NCBI GenBank assembly: GCA_951406725.2
Contig: OX597814.1
Location: forward strand, 173,786,001-173,850,000
Reading direction: 5' to 3'
Length of the DNA: 64,000 nucleotides
Source: Octopus vulgaris
Taxonomy: Eukaryota
Below the pieces are notes generated by a model, which was given only the letters and a program-made list of their open reading frames with translations, did not search any database and was not told where the DNA came from. Position numbers and translations under genes: made by a program. Shown one piece after another: positions 1-12,284 of the stretch. How positions within the stretch are numbered: position 1 is the stretch's first letter; every line of letters starts with the position of its first letter.

Positions 1-35
1 ACCAGCCTCACCTGATTCAATTTGTTCCAAATAAC
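1..35 (-). CDS. PIN1: Pin1 (dodo) peptidyl-prolyl isomerase, coding exon 3 (partial, runs off window)
   Basis: Minus strand reads polypyrimidine tract tttcttttctttttatttttcaag|GT TAT TTG GAA CAA ATT GAA TCA GGT GAG GCT GGT = (G)YLEQIESGEAG, matching human GYIQKIKSGEED. The phase-1 junction joins exon 2 in frame. Confidence 0.9.
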
Positions 36-619
36 CTTGAAAAATAAAAAGAAAAGAAACAGAATATATATAAATAAGCCAGGTACCATTCAAAATAAAA
101 TAGTACAGGGCAAAATCTGATGATAAAGTTTGACAAGAAAATCAATCGAGGCAAAAAAAATTATCATGAAGGCCCTCATAGTTTAGCTAGATATCTAGAG
201 TGATGGATACAGGTGTTAAATAAGTTTAAAATGAAATGTACTTTAGCATATTAGTCATCACAGACTACCCCTGATTAGAATTGAAACCTGGATCTAATAG
301 CAAACCAACAGAGCCAGTCAGGAAAACTTTGCTCTGAGGTGGAACACAGGAGAAGCTTCTAATTATTATCTCCAGGTTCAATGAACTCTGCATTACTACA
401 AGCTAACAAGATAATTGCAGTGTTCCTGCTGCTTACAATGGTGAACTAGTCTTGTTAACAGCTCCAACAGACTGAGCCCCCCAGGGGTGAAAGTTCTTTG
501 GCTATAATATTGCAATCAGATATAACTGACCAATCAACGTCTAGTGCCCTATTGGATCAGTTAGGTGGAAATACTTCACTCAAACTCAACCATATCCTTC
601 TCATGTTAGCACCAACTGA

Positions 620-826
620 TCATGGCCATTTCCAGCCTCCCCTGGCACCTGTGCCAGTGGCACGTAAAAAGCACCTACTACACTCACGGAGTGATTGGCA
701 TTATGAAGGGCATCCAGCTGTAGAAATACTGCCAGATCAGACTGGAGCTTGGTGCAGCCTCCTGGCTTCCCAGACCCTGGTCAAATCGTCCAACCCATGC
801 TAGCATGGAAAACGGACGTATGATGA
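620..826 (+). mobile_element. SINE family R (ends in (ATG)n tail), partial
   Basis: Core gaagggcatccagctgtagaaa...ccaacccatgctagcatgg...tatgatga, shared with more than 15 copies in the window. Confidence 0.85.
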
Positions 827-990
827 ATTATTTTAAATCTGTTTTGCAAGCAAATTTTTTTTCTTTTAATGTGCATCATAATACATACAGAGTAATTCCA
901 ATGAAATACATTTAGCAAGTTTGCTATACAGTATATCACCATTTGTCACAGCTTTTGTTGTTTCTTCTGTAAGGCACATATTTTCTTTAA

Positions 991-1209
991 CCCTTTCATT
1001 ACTGTATTTATTTTGAGAAGCTCTGTGTCTTTCAATTAATTTTAAATATAATAAAGAATTTAGTAAAATAACTTAGTTATCATTAAGCTGGCGTTAGGAA
1101 CATAAATTGTGACTAAAATTTGGTGGAAGATTTTAATTAAAAACTTAAGAAAATAAGACATTTGCACTCAGAGCCAGAGCCGGTTTCAGCCAGGTTAGTA
1201 ATGAAAGGG
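991..1209. mobile_element. piggyBac-type MITE
   Basis: TTAA|ccctttcattact ... agtaatgaaaggg|TTAA terminal inverted repeats with TTAA target sites. Confidence 0.85.
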
Positions 1210-1945
1210 TTAATCTTCAACGAGTGCCCTCCACCAAAAGCACTTACCGGCACTCAGTAACCACTGATTGTCTATTAAGATCACATGCCAACCATCTTTC
1301 TCCCACTCACATTAGTTGATGCCTTTAATACTTAGCTGCTCTTTCAACTTAACCTCTTACTCAGACTAACATTACACATCCAACAGCTTTCCCAGATTTG
1401 CCACCAGCAAAAACAGTTGTTAAACTGGTTGTGGTGATAAGAGATTGGAATGTACAGTATAACTACATTGAGTCTCTTCTCCATTCTACTCTTGTTAAAT
1501 CTCCACCTACTACCTTCTTCATTAAGCCCTTATCTATCAGTCACCCACTAACCTATTTACACAACCACAACTGAGTAACAGAAAATTACATTTGATCTTT
1601 TCACATTTAATTCCTCCATTACCTTTTATCACTATCTTCCACATCATTGCCTAAGTAACAAAGTTTGGCATCAAATCTGACCATATTCAGTTACCACTAC
1701 CACCACCCACCCTTCTTCACAACAAGCTATCTCTCACCAATACCCATCTCTACTGCTGGTTATCATTCATCATCATTGCTACCTTCATCATGCTACTCAA
1801 AATGTTTCTCATTCAATCTCCTTACCAACAATTAACATGTACCCATCACGGTTTCTTCCATTACTCCTCCTTCTCTCCCCTCATTCTCTTGGTCATCACT
1901 CATCTATTCACCCCTTAGTCATCACTCTGTTTTTCACGCCCTTAG

Positions 1946-2355
1946 CCCTTTAGCATTTAAACTGGCCGTATTCAGCCTAAATATTCTGTTTTATGTTCAA
2001 ACTGGCCAGATCCAACCTCTCACACATATCCAACTATGTCATTCTAGAAATATACTATCACATCATTGAAATCTCATAGCAATGAGATAATGCATGATTA
2101 ATCCAAAGCAATCATCATCATCATTTAATGCCTGCTTTCCATGCTAGCTTGGGTTGGACGATTTGACTGAGAACTGGCAAACCAGATGGCTGCACCAAGC
2201 TCCAATCTGATCTGGCAGAGTTTCTACAGCTGGATGCCCTTCCTAATGCCAACCACTCCGAGTGTAGTGGGTGCTTTTACGTGCCACCGGCACGAGGGCC
2301 AGTCTGGCGATAAAAGCATTACATTTGACAGAGTAATCTGAATACTAAAAGGTTA
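1946..2355 (+). mobile_element. TTAA-type MITE interrupted by a family-R SINE (about 2112-2310, minus)
   Basis: ccctttagcatttaaactggcc ... aatctgaatactaaaaggttaa; same family at 12057, 14948, 26927, 34733, 53445 and 63434. Confidence 0.75.
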
Positions 2356-2939
2356 ATCATGTTTGCTTTGAAAGAATGGCGACAACATAGAGAGGACTTG
2401 TCTTGCAAGAGATAAGACATCTCCAGTGCTGATGCAACGGTAAAATGAATTCCATACACTCAGTAAAGTAGTTAATTTAGGGAAATTATTCAGTCATAGA
2501 CACACAACCAAAGCTGGAACATATGAGTGAGACATAATTCTGTGACCAATCCATGGAAACAATAACTCCAAATAAAAAATGACTTAGACTACAACAACCC
2601 CCTCCAACCCACATCAACATGGAAAGTGAATGTAAAACGACCAGAAGGTTTTTACAAACTTGTACTCCATAAATTTCTTTACTTCAATAAACAATCTGAT
2701 TGCATTCTAATCAACAAAGGAACTGTCACATTATCAATCAAGAGGGAAATAGCAGCTAAATCTCCCTCAAACTACTCTCTAGCATCTTTAAAGAATGTAG
2801 TAAGCTGAATGTAACCCTAAATACCTGAACAAAATTGAGATAGTCATGAGAGGTACACTTTTAGTTATGTCTTAACCAGGGTCGTTTTTAGATAAACAAC
2901 TATCTATTTGGTTACAATGGTAAATCAACAGGTGCTTAC

Positions 2940-3131
2940 CTTTAAGTATAGTTATTGCCTCTTCTTTGGTTCTTTCTATCTTCTCTTGTCTCCATGAAGA
3001 TGGTCGGCGACAATCTTTGTGTTTGACTAACAGGTGTGAACATTGTACTACCTCTTCAGTTTCTTCAGCTGGCTTTGTGGGACGGTACCATTGACTTTTT
3101 TTAGTACAAAGGTTTATGTAGTACTCCTTGC
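2940..3131 (-). CDS. PIN1: Pin1 coding exon 2 (second half of WW domain, linker, start of PPIase domain)
   Basis: tttcag|GC...AAA G|gtaagc, 192 nt. Translates (G)[63 protein letters not shown], with hallmark motifs CSHLLVKH and [11 protein letters not shown]. Confidence 0.97.
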
Positions 3132-3336
3132 CTGAAATTTGAACAAATCAGCTTCAAAACAGTTTTGCTAATAATACTGTTCCCTCCAATACTACCAAGA
3201 GAAAAATCAAAAAAATATAAAATTTAGCAGGTAAAGTATCAGGTCATACAAAGATAATTGCTTTAGTGTTAAAAGAATCAGTGAAAGAAGGTAGGATTAT
3301 TTATGAGTTTCTTTCTGTTTCTTCAAAGTTTTAAAG

Positions 3337-3655
3337 CAGGGTTTCTCAACCATTCTTTATCTATGGACCTCTTTGGTTACTATTTTATTCTGGTGGACCA
3401 CCATAGTCATTCAATGTTTAGAAACTAGTTTTATAGAAACTTCTTTCAAAATTCTTATTTCGTTTTTCATCCATTAACTTGTGTGGGTTAAACCATGTAA
3501 AATGTTAACGAAATCCATTTCTTGCAATACACACCAATACATACGTCTAAGCAAAATTTTTCAGAGGCCCTTAAAATATTATTGTGAATCCTCAATTTAC
3601 TATTTTGTTATGTGGACCCCAAAAATCTTATATGGACCCTGGTTCAGAACCACTG
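3337..3655. mobile_element. hAT (Charlie-like) MITE
   Basis: cagggtttctcaacc ... ggttcagaaccactg with perfect 8-bp TSD ttttaaag. Confidence 0.9.
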
Positions 3656-3774
3656 TTTTAAAGAATCATAAAGTTAGATAAGTTAGATGAAATACTGAGG
3701 CTTAATAAACCAAAGATGATGTGTATAAAGCAGAGTGTAGTTTAGTGCAGTGTATATACAGTAATTCAGTATTG

Positions 3775-4098
3775 TGAAGGCGCGTGGCTTAGTGGTTAGA
3801 GCATTCGCCTTACGATTGTAAGGTCGTGAGTTCAATTCCCAGCAACACGTGTCCTTGAGCAAGACACTTTATTTCACGTTGCTCTAGTCCACTCAGCTGG
3901 CAAAAATGAGTTGTACCTGTATTTCAAAGGGCCGGCCTTGTCACACTTTGTGTCACGTTGAATCTCCCTGAGAACTACGCTAGGGGTAGACGTGTCTGTG
4001 GATTGCTCAGTCACTTGCACGTTAATTTCACGAGCAGGCTGTTCCGTTGATCATATCAGCTGGGACCCTCATTGTCGTAATCAACAGAGTGCTCCTTT
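3775..4098 (+). mobile_element. tRNA-derived SINE family A
   Basis: A-box tggcttagtgg, B-box gagttcaattccc, then gtgtccttgagcaagacac; near-identical copy at 27868-28137. Confidence 0.85.
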
Positions 4099-4589
4099 TT
4101 ATAGTGTAATGCTGTTATTTAAATTGAACAAATCTAGGATCAAGACCATTCCAATTCCAGCCTTGACCAGCTCATCCAGTTTTTTACAAGAATATAGTAT
4201 TACATTGTGTAATGTTTATTTCCTTTCCTGACATAATAGGATGTGATTTGAGAACTTGGCTAATTTTAACCTGCATTGTCTCTACTCATTTGGCAATCAT
4301 CTTACCGAGTGTACAGGGGTGGATTTTATCTTGACACCAGTACTAGTAAAATTGCTTTGTGTTCTACAAAGCAAAAGAGGGTCCTAACAATTATATGTCG
4401 TTCAGGGCAATATGACAAAAAGATTGAGTAGGACAGAGAGTAAATACAGAAGATGAACTAAAGAGGAGGGGAGAAAAGCAAAAGTATGATGACAGTGAGA
4501 GTAGACTAGGGCAACCATACGGAAGAAGAGAGAAATGGGAGAGATAATATTAGATATGATGAAAAGGGACAGTAATGGTATGGTATCAT

Positions 4590-4840
4590 CACCACCATCA
4601 TCATCAATATTTAAAGCCTGCTTTCCATGCTGGCATGGGTTGGATGGCTTGACAGGAACTGGTATGGTCAGGGGCCACACCAGGTTTCCATAGTCTGTTT
4701 TGGCTTAGATTTCCACAGCTGGATGCCCTTCCTAACAGTAACCACTCCACAGTGTGTGCCGAGTGCTTTTTACATGGCACCAGCAACAGTGCTTTTTACA
4801 TGGCACCAGCACCTACACCAATGCTTTATATGTGGCACCT
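4590..4840 (-). mobile_element. SINE family R
   Basis: catcatca...ccatgctggcatgggttgg...cagctggatgcccttccta; further minus copies at about 5900-6070, 6562-6812 and 8344-8530. Confidence 0.8.
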
Positions 4841-5037
4841 TGGTTTTAGGATCTCGATAATGAGAGTAAGTCATTGCAAAAGGTTAGTGAAAGAGGGACT
4901 AAATGATGGATATTCATAGAAATGGCTGATGGTAAAACAGTAAGACGGGTGCCAATAATGAGAGCCCAGGGACTAATATAATGATGGTTAGCAGAATGAA
5001 AGGAAATGCTCACTGATATGAGAGAGTGTGAGTGATG

Positions 5038-5276
5038 GCAAAAGCGATGTGGTGGACAACGAAAAACCTGGCTGATGACAGTCAAGGCTGATCTGGAACC
5101 CAACCTAGGCCCCCGTATCTACAGCGTTCGCCGCTGGAATAAGGAGTGGTCGGAGATCACGCAGTTGTTAGCCTCAAATCGCCAGGTCTGGTCGGCATTT
5201 GTGAGAGATGCAGCATTGAGGATGAATGAAGCCAGCTCAACCCACCCCAGGTGAATGCTCTCTCAAGACAAGACAA
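5038..5276 (+). mobile_element. 5'-truncated RTE-clade LINE 3' end
   Basis: Translates GGQRKTWLMTVKADLEPNLGPRIYSVRRWNKEWSEITQLLASNRQVWSAFVRDA (RTE C-terminus), with a (caaga)n tail and 8-bp TSD gagtgatg. Confidence 0.85.
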
Positions 5277-7741
5277 GAGTGATGAAGAATGAAGTGGTAA
5301 TGATAAGAGAATGAGGGACATCAATAAAGAGGTGAGCTGAAAGGAACAGACACAAATAACAGCTACATGTCTGCTGGTAGTGAAGAGAGAGAGAAAGCAT
5401 GAAGGAGGATCGAATACCATCAAGTATAGAAATATGACTATTCTGAAAGAATACTTTCATTTAAAATATCCTGTAATAAGTTATATTGACAATGTAGATG
5501 TATAGTTGGCATTAGATAAAATAGTGATGGGAGGTTGTTATGACACTTATCTTCTTTCCTTAGTAAATAGGAAATATTTTTCATTATATATACACACACA
5601 ATACTGAATACAGTACTGACTTTATTTCGAATGGAAAGTGCAGACTGCACCCACTTTCAGAAATCAACCTTCAGGAAGTTCCACAGAGACAATATCAACA
5701 ACTGACTCACCCACTTCTGTAGATGTCAATCTGTTATACAGATAAACTTAGTTCAGACTAAACCAACAATTAAACTATTATGAAAGAGGTCCCAAGCTTG
5801 ATTCCAGAGCATATCAGTAGCACAAGTACATTCTACTTAAGCATCAAGTCAACCCAGGCCCAGTGTAACTGGATAAACAGAAACTCTGTGCAAGTCCGTC
5901 ATGATCATTTAACATCCACTTTCCATGCTGGCATGGGTTGGATAATTTGATAGGATCTGGTGAGTTACAAGGCCACGTTAAGCTAGTGTTAGTTTTGCCA
6001 TGGTTTCTACTGCAGGATGCCTTTACTAACACAAACCATTGTACTGGATGCTTTTTCTTCATGCTACAGGCACTCATGAGGCAGCCATGTAACTCACAAG
6101 ATAAAAGAAGAACAGGGAAAACACTCCCACTACTAAGTGGAGAGTATCTGAGAAAGGAAGACTGCTTTATGCCAGGGGACAAGCACAGGTGTTTTGCTAT
6201 AGAGGAGCACATGGCTAGCCTATACTATATATAGACATAAATGGGAATAGTTGAGGAAAGAAAAAGAAGGTAATGATAGTGTCAGAGCAAACTCTCAAGG
6301 TACAAGAGGGTGAACATATGAGAGGCTACAGACAGTGGGCCATGGGAGAGAAAGGGAAAGTGTATACTTTCATATAAGTATAAAGGGTGAGTAACAGATG
6401 GTTAAAAATGGAGGTAGAGATGAATGTGGTAAGTGATGAACAAGGGAGAGGCATGGCAAGGGCCAACCTGGTCACATCAATTCTGTCTAAAGATGATATT
6501 AAGTGTACAAGTGACTGTAAAGTACTCAACCACAATGAGATGGTAGATCTCATGTTATAACATCACCATCATCAGCATCGTTTAACATCTACCTTCCATG
6601 CTGGCATGGGTTAGACAGTTTGACAGGAGCCAGCTAGGTAGAAGACTACACCAGGCTTCTGTGTCTGTTTTGGCATGGTTTTTACAGCTGGATGCCCTTC
6701 CTAAAACCAACCACCCAGCAAAGTGGACTGAATGCTTTTTATATGGCACCAATATGGGCAAGGTCAGTTTTGGCATGGTTTTTACTGCTGGATGTCCTTC
6801 CAAATGCCAACCGGGCATGTGGGTGTGCATGTACAAAAAAAGTTATTCAATATGCCATATAGCATGTAAATTAATTCTAAATTAGAATGTCCCCTCTAGC
6901 ATAGCAATTCTCAAACAAGAGGCACTTGGCTCTTGAAGGAGGAATTTTAGCCGATGAAGGATTTCCAAAGTAAGAAAGAATGTACATTATGCACTATATA
7001 TTTAAAACAAATGAAATACTAATATACACAACTATAAAGACAATCACAAATTTACAGTTTGCACAAAAAAAAGAAAAAACGGAAAGAAAAAATGGCTCCT
7101 TCAGTGTTAATCCCATTTATAACTATTCACTTAAGTTTGGAAAACATGTTCATAATGGTATGATACTCAAGTCCCACAAGTGCTTCTTTTACTCTTCCCA
7201 AATTTTTGATTGAATGTACTTATAGTGCTGTCACAGATGCCTCGACAACAGGACATCTCAACATTTGTGAGTACAGTAACCTTCAAGTAAAACCAACTGG
7301 ATTTGTATTTATGTAGTGTATTTCAGATAAAAACATCCTAGCAGAGTTCTCAACTCACAAGAGAGGAATTGTTCTCACTACAGCAAACTGATGAAACATG
7401 TCATATGTCTAGTGTTCTTGCTGCATACAATGAATAGTCTTTACCTAACAATACATATTTACAGTTAGATGCAAAACATTTAAGGGTTGTCTCTTGGCCA
7501 GACACACAACCAACAGCTGTGTCAATGATGGGGATAACAACCACTAATCTCTGGAACTCAACTGCTTTGGCCAGAGTTTGGGGAATCTTTTCTATGTTTA
7601 AAGGTTACACTAAAATTAACTGCCAACTGATAAGGATATATGTAAAAACATTTACAATGCTAAAATTATTTTGTAAAACATAATTAATTATTCATAAAAG
7701 CTCAAAATGAGAAAAAGGGTTTCAGAATAAGTGATTAACTG

Positions 7742-8082
7742 TCATCATCATCATCGTTTAACATCTGTTTTCCGTGCTAGCATGGGTTGGATGGTTCGAC
7801 CGGGGTCTGGGAAGCCAGGAGGCTGCACCAGGCTCCAGTCTGATCCGGCAGTGCTTCTACAACTGGATGCCCTTCCTAACGCCAACCACTTCGTGAGTGT
7901 AGTGGGCGCTTTTTACGTGCTAATGGCACAGGTGCCAGGGGAGGCTGGCAGTGGTCATGATCAGTTGGTGCTTTTTATGTACCACCAGCACAGAAGCCAG
8001 TCAAGGCGGCATTAGCATCAGCTACGTTCGGATGGTGCTTTTCACATGCTACCGGCGCAGGTATTTTCACGTGCCACCGACA
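7742..8082 (-). mobile_element. SINE family R
   Basis: catcatcatcgtttaac...ggatgcccttcctaacgccaacc, with internal tandem gtgcttttacgtgcca units. Confidence 0.85.
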
Positions 8083-8571
8083 CTGTAGCTTTCAAAATTT
8101 GTTTCATTTAAAACAATAACAGTTACAATTATAAAGAAATTTGAACAGGTGTTTTTAAAATTCCAGTTAGTTGGAAAGATAGGCTTTTAATAAAACTGAA
8201 TGTATTTTAGTGAAATGATTTCACCATAGACTGAACATCATTTAGAAGGCTGCAGGTTCTCCATCTCTAGCTTGTTCTTTTGCAAAGTGAGACCAGAATA
8301 AAACAAAATGAATCAACAGCGTATGTATGCACAGCATTAAATTATCATCATTTAGCGTCCGTTTCCCATGCTGGCATGGGTTAGACGGTTTGACTGGAAC
8401 TGGTAAGCCAGATAGCTGTACCAGGCTCCGACCTAATTTTGGCCTGGTTTGTACAGTTAGATGCCCTTCTTAACGCCGTGGGTGTATTTTAGTATTTTAC
8501 ATGTCACTGGTACGGGTGCCTTTTACGTGTCACATTGTGTCAAAAAAAAAAAAAAAGTTTCAGCATAATGG

Positions 8572-8814
8572 ATAAATTACCAACGCCCAATCTTGAAGCT
8601 TCCAGAAATTGGTTGTTTGAGAAATGATTTGCTGATGGGGAACCTTTCTAGTTTTTCCTGACAGAAAATGCGCTCAAGATTTTTGGTTTGACTTCGAAAA
8701 GCTAAGCAGGAAATTTGGGGAAATTTGTATCATTTACCGTCTTTGTTAGGAAAGACACAGGTATGGACTTCTCGGTCACCAAATGTAACACACAAACGAC
8801 AAAAAGGGACTAAT

Positions 8815-8864
<50 letters not shown>

Positions 8865-9147
8865 AATGGTTGTATACTGTCAATCTAACAAGAACGTGAC
8901 AGTAGGGGGTACACCACCGCTGTATAGCCCTAGGAAGCATCGAACGCCTCCTGATAGCTTTGACACATTTTTTCCCTGTGTCCTTATATACATGTGTCAA
9001 AGCTATCAGGAGGCGTTCGATGCTTCTCTAGGGCTATACAGCGTGGTGTACCTACTGTCACGTTCTTGTTAGATTGACAGTATACAACCATTCTATCGCC
9101 CCACCACCGTACATGTCTCTACGAGAGATTTAGAAATTCAATATTTC

Positions 9148-9197
<50 letters not shown>

Positions 9198-9740
9198 TTC
9201 AACCAAGAAACAGGGGTCTTTGAATTAGTGTGATAAGATAAAGATGTGGGGTGGAAGCAAAGAACATGAGCGGTCATAAAGACACAAGAAAATTAAACAA
9301 GTTGAATGAGACATACACTACGAAAGAAAAGATGGGTTTAAGGCGTAACTCCTCTTGATATGAATAATTCGAAATTGTTCATATTTTTAATTAATTAAAA
9401 CCTCACAGTTTTATGTATTAAGTTGTGTTTCAAACACTGACTTAAATACTAAGTCGATCCTCCAAAATACATGATTATTTTCAAAATTAACTGAAACATA
9501 CAAGAAGTGTCATTTGTAGAAAATACGGTCTCAAAAGGCTGAAAAGCTTTGGGATTGAAGGACAGCTATTATATATATATATATACAAATTTACCCAAAT
9601 TTCCTGCTTAGCTTTTCGAAGTCAAACCAAAAATCTTGAGCGCATTTTCTGTCAGGAAAAACTAGAAAGGTTCCCATCAGCAAATCATTTCTCAAACAAC
9701 CAATTTCTGGAAGCTTCAAGATTGGGCGTTGGTAATTTAT
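8572..9740. repeat. Long inverted repeat, arms 8572-8730 and 9583-9740
   Basis: ataaattaccaacgcccaatcttgaagc...aaatttgtat is the near-exact reverse complement of atacaaattt...gcttcaagattgggcgttggtaatttat. Confidence 0.95.
8863..9094. repeat. Fold-back hairpin, arms 8863-8968 and 8992-9094, 23-nt loop
   Basis: agaatggttgtatactgtcaatc...tgacacat / atgtgtca...gattgacagtatacaaccattct; the arms differ only by small indels. Confidence 0.95.
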
Positions 9741-9791
9741 TGAGCGATAGTATATATATGTTAGAAGTATTGGGGGTGATGAACAGATTTA

Positions 9792-9837
<46 letters not shown>

Positions 9838-10498
9838 ACGCACACACACTCCTTCAATTCTACAGCAGTAAACTTTTTTTTTTTTTTTGTAGATAGATAA
9901 TACAGCTTTCGTTCGGAAAGGGAAAAATACTTCCGGTAAGGGACATAACCAAATCAAAGAGGCTCCTTTTTTTTCCCCATTTTTTCTACTAGGGTCCCGT
10001 TTACCTTATTCTTAATTCTACTCGTATATAATTTATCTTCTTCTCTACACTATCATTGTCACATTATCACAGACGGACGGCAATATAAATATTTTCACTC
10101 ATTCGGGGGAAATTTTAGGAAACCGGAAAAAAAAAAAATAATAATAGAAAGAAAGCCATATGACAAGTGAAATAAAAAAATTTTATCTAGCGAAAATCAA
10201 TTAGGTATTTCGGAATAAAAAGAAAATAAGACTATAGAGTGCGCATACAAAAGATTGTAAATAGTTATATATTAGAACTATCTTTTATGATATATCGTGA
10301 TTAATTATTAACCTAAGCAATAGTGTAAATAAATATATATATATATATATGTATATATATTCATTGATAGTGATGGAAAAAAAAATAATTGATAATTACT
10401 ATTTTAAAGGAGAAAAATTAACCACTAAGACTAAGTGAAAATTAGAAGGCTTTCTAAATATTACAAGTAAAATATATGTAATCAAAAATACAGCCCAC

Positions 10499-10550
10499 CA
10501 GATTTGCGACTGATGCGTTTTTCCCAACCGGCTGGTAACTGATCGTCCAT
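10499..10550 (-). CDS. PIN1: Pin1 coding exon 1 (start of WW domain)
   Basis: ATG...TCT G|gtgggc = MDDQLPAGWEKRISRKS(G), versus human [20 protein letters not shown]. The phase-1 donor joins exon 2 in frame. Confidence 0.96.
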
Positions 10551-10680
10551 GATGAATCTCGAGTAGGTTTGTGCGCCTTTTACTGGAGCGGTGGAATACC
10601 GGTGTAAACTGAAATAGTTACAGACTAATATTATTTCTAAGCGTTAGCACACCGGACAAGATTCTTATAGCTGCTTAGAA
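10551..10680 (-). promoter_or_regulatory. Probable Pin1 5'UTR/proximal promoter
   Basis: Unique, CpG-containing sequence directly upstream of the ATG. The TSS cannot be located from sequence. Confidence 0.45.
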
Positions 10681-11009
10681 ACAGTATTTCATTCGTCTTT
10701 ACGTTCTTGGTTCAATTTCCGCCGAGGTTGAATGTGCCTTTCAACCTTTCAAAGTCGATGAAATAAGTACCAAGTCGTGCACTGGAGCCGCAGTAATCGA
10801 CGAGCTCCTCCCACAAAATTTCAAGCCTTGTACTTATTATGGTAGAAAGGATTATTTCTAATATTATTCTGTTTTTCTTTTATATATTTCGATTTCGGAT
10901 TTGTTGAATTTTTTTTTAATCCCTGTTATTTATTTTCATATTTCTTTAAGAAAAATTGTACTAAAAGATTTTTGTTTTCGAAATAGCGTGTACTCGAAAT
11001 GAAATATTT

Positions 11010-11193
11010 GGCGTAGATCGCCTATTTGGCGTAACTTCGGTATAGGTACCCGAAGTACCGGATACATTTCAAGAAAGTGTTTTTTTTATATATATATGGG
11101 GGCGGGTTACGGTTGGGGTTGGGAGAAAAGGGTTTCTGTTATCTTCAGAAATGTAAACAAAGCCACTTACGGTACCTATACCGAAGGATCACC
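11010..11193. mobile_element. Merlin-like MITE upstream of Pin1
   Basis: cttcggtataggtacc / ggtacctataccgaag inverted repeats, GG..CC ends, 8-bp flanking repeat aaatattt. Confidence 0.65.
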
Positions 11194-11509
11194 AAATATT
11201 TTGATAGGTTTTTCCTAATCGCAACCATACATGTTTAAACTGGCAAATAACAGAACCCTCAAAACAAATATGATAATCTAAATTATCTGGCAAAGAATTG
11301 TCCAGTTATAAACGGTAATTTAGACAATGATCAAATATGCTAATTACACACCGTAGTCGATGGGATCACAAACATCTTATTTCTCGGTCCCTATCAACAA
11401 CCCATTTTCGTTTTCCAGGGCACACTCTCTATTCAAATTTCACTCTGAAGCGGGTGTATGCACATATGTCGATTTCAGCAATAACAACTTCCAGTCACTG
11501 ATTCGAAGT

Positions 11510-11575
<66 letters not shown>

Positions 11576-12056
11576 AAACGGATCCATCTATCTATCTCCC
11601 TCTATTTCCCTTTCTCTCTTTTATTCCCCTAACTACATGTTCCCTTTATCATTCTCAAACGAGTAATTCTTTGACCATATTTTCTACTGCATTCAGTACA
11701 TTTATCTCACCTTTCCTAGGTTATCCTCTTCAGTAAACTAATACCCACAACTCATGTTTCTCACATTCATTCCACAATTATTTCTGTCAGTAACTAACAC
11801 ACACTAACACCTCAAACACCCTTCAGCTCATTCTTACCATTACTGTCTCTGCACCTATTGGTCATCTGACCACAGCCTCCTTGCTACCATCCAAGTCACA
11901 GTCAAAATGTATCCCAAGTTGTTGCACTAGACCTCAAAGCCCCAAGTATTCCTACTGTTACTGAATAATTAAGTGATACTCATGAAGGTGCTTGACTGCT
12001 TCTGTACTTAAGCCTTCAGATCACCTGTGGTGATACCTTGAGTATTTTGTGTTGCC

Positions 12057-12284
12057 TTAATCCTTTAGAATTTCAACTGGTCATATTCGGCCAAAATATT
12101 CCATCCGTTTTATGTTCAAACCGGGCAGCTTGGGCTTCTCACACCAACCCTACAATATCATCCTTAAAATTAACAGTTACCTCATCAAAATCTCAAAGAT
12201 ACAAGATAATGCATAATTAATTCAAAACAATGTGAATAAATAAGCCTCGTATTTGACAAGAGTAATCTGAATGCTAAAGGGTTT
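12057..12284 (+). mobile_element. TTAA-type MITE
   Basis: ttaatcctttagaattt ... aatctgaatgctaaagggtttaa. Confidence 0.75.

Noticed and set aside
3775-3850. tRNA genes at SINE heads
   Set aside because: A and B boxes are present but continue into SINE bodies without an intact acceptor stem.
9113-9142. Hammerhead-like ctacgagagatttagaaattc next to the hairpin
   Set aside because: The CUGA box is incomplete and stems I and II are not convincing.
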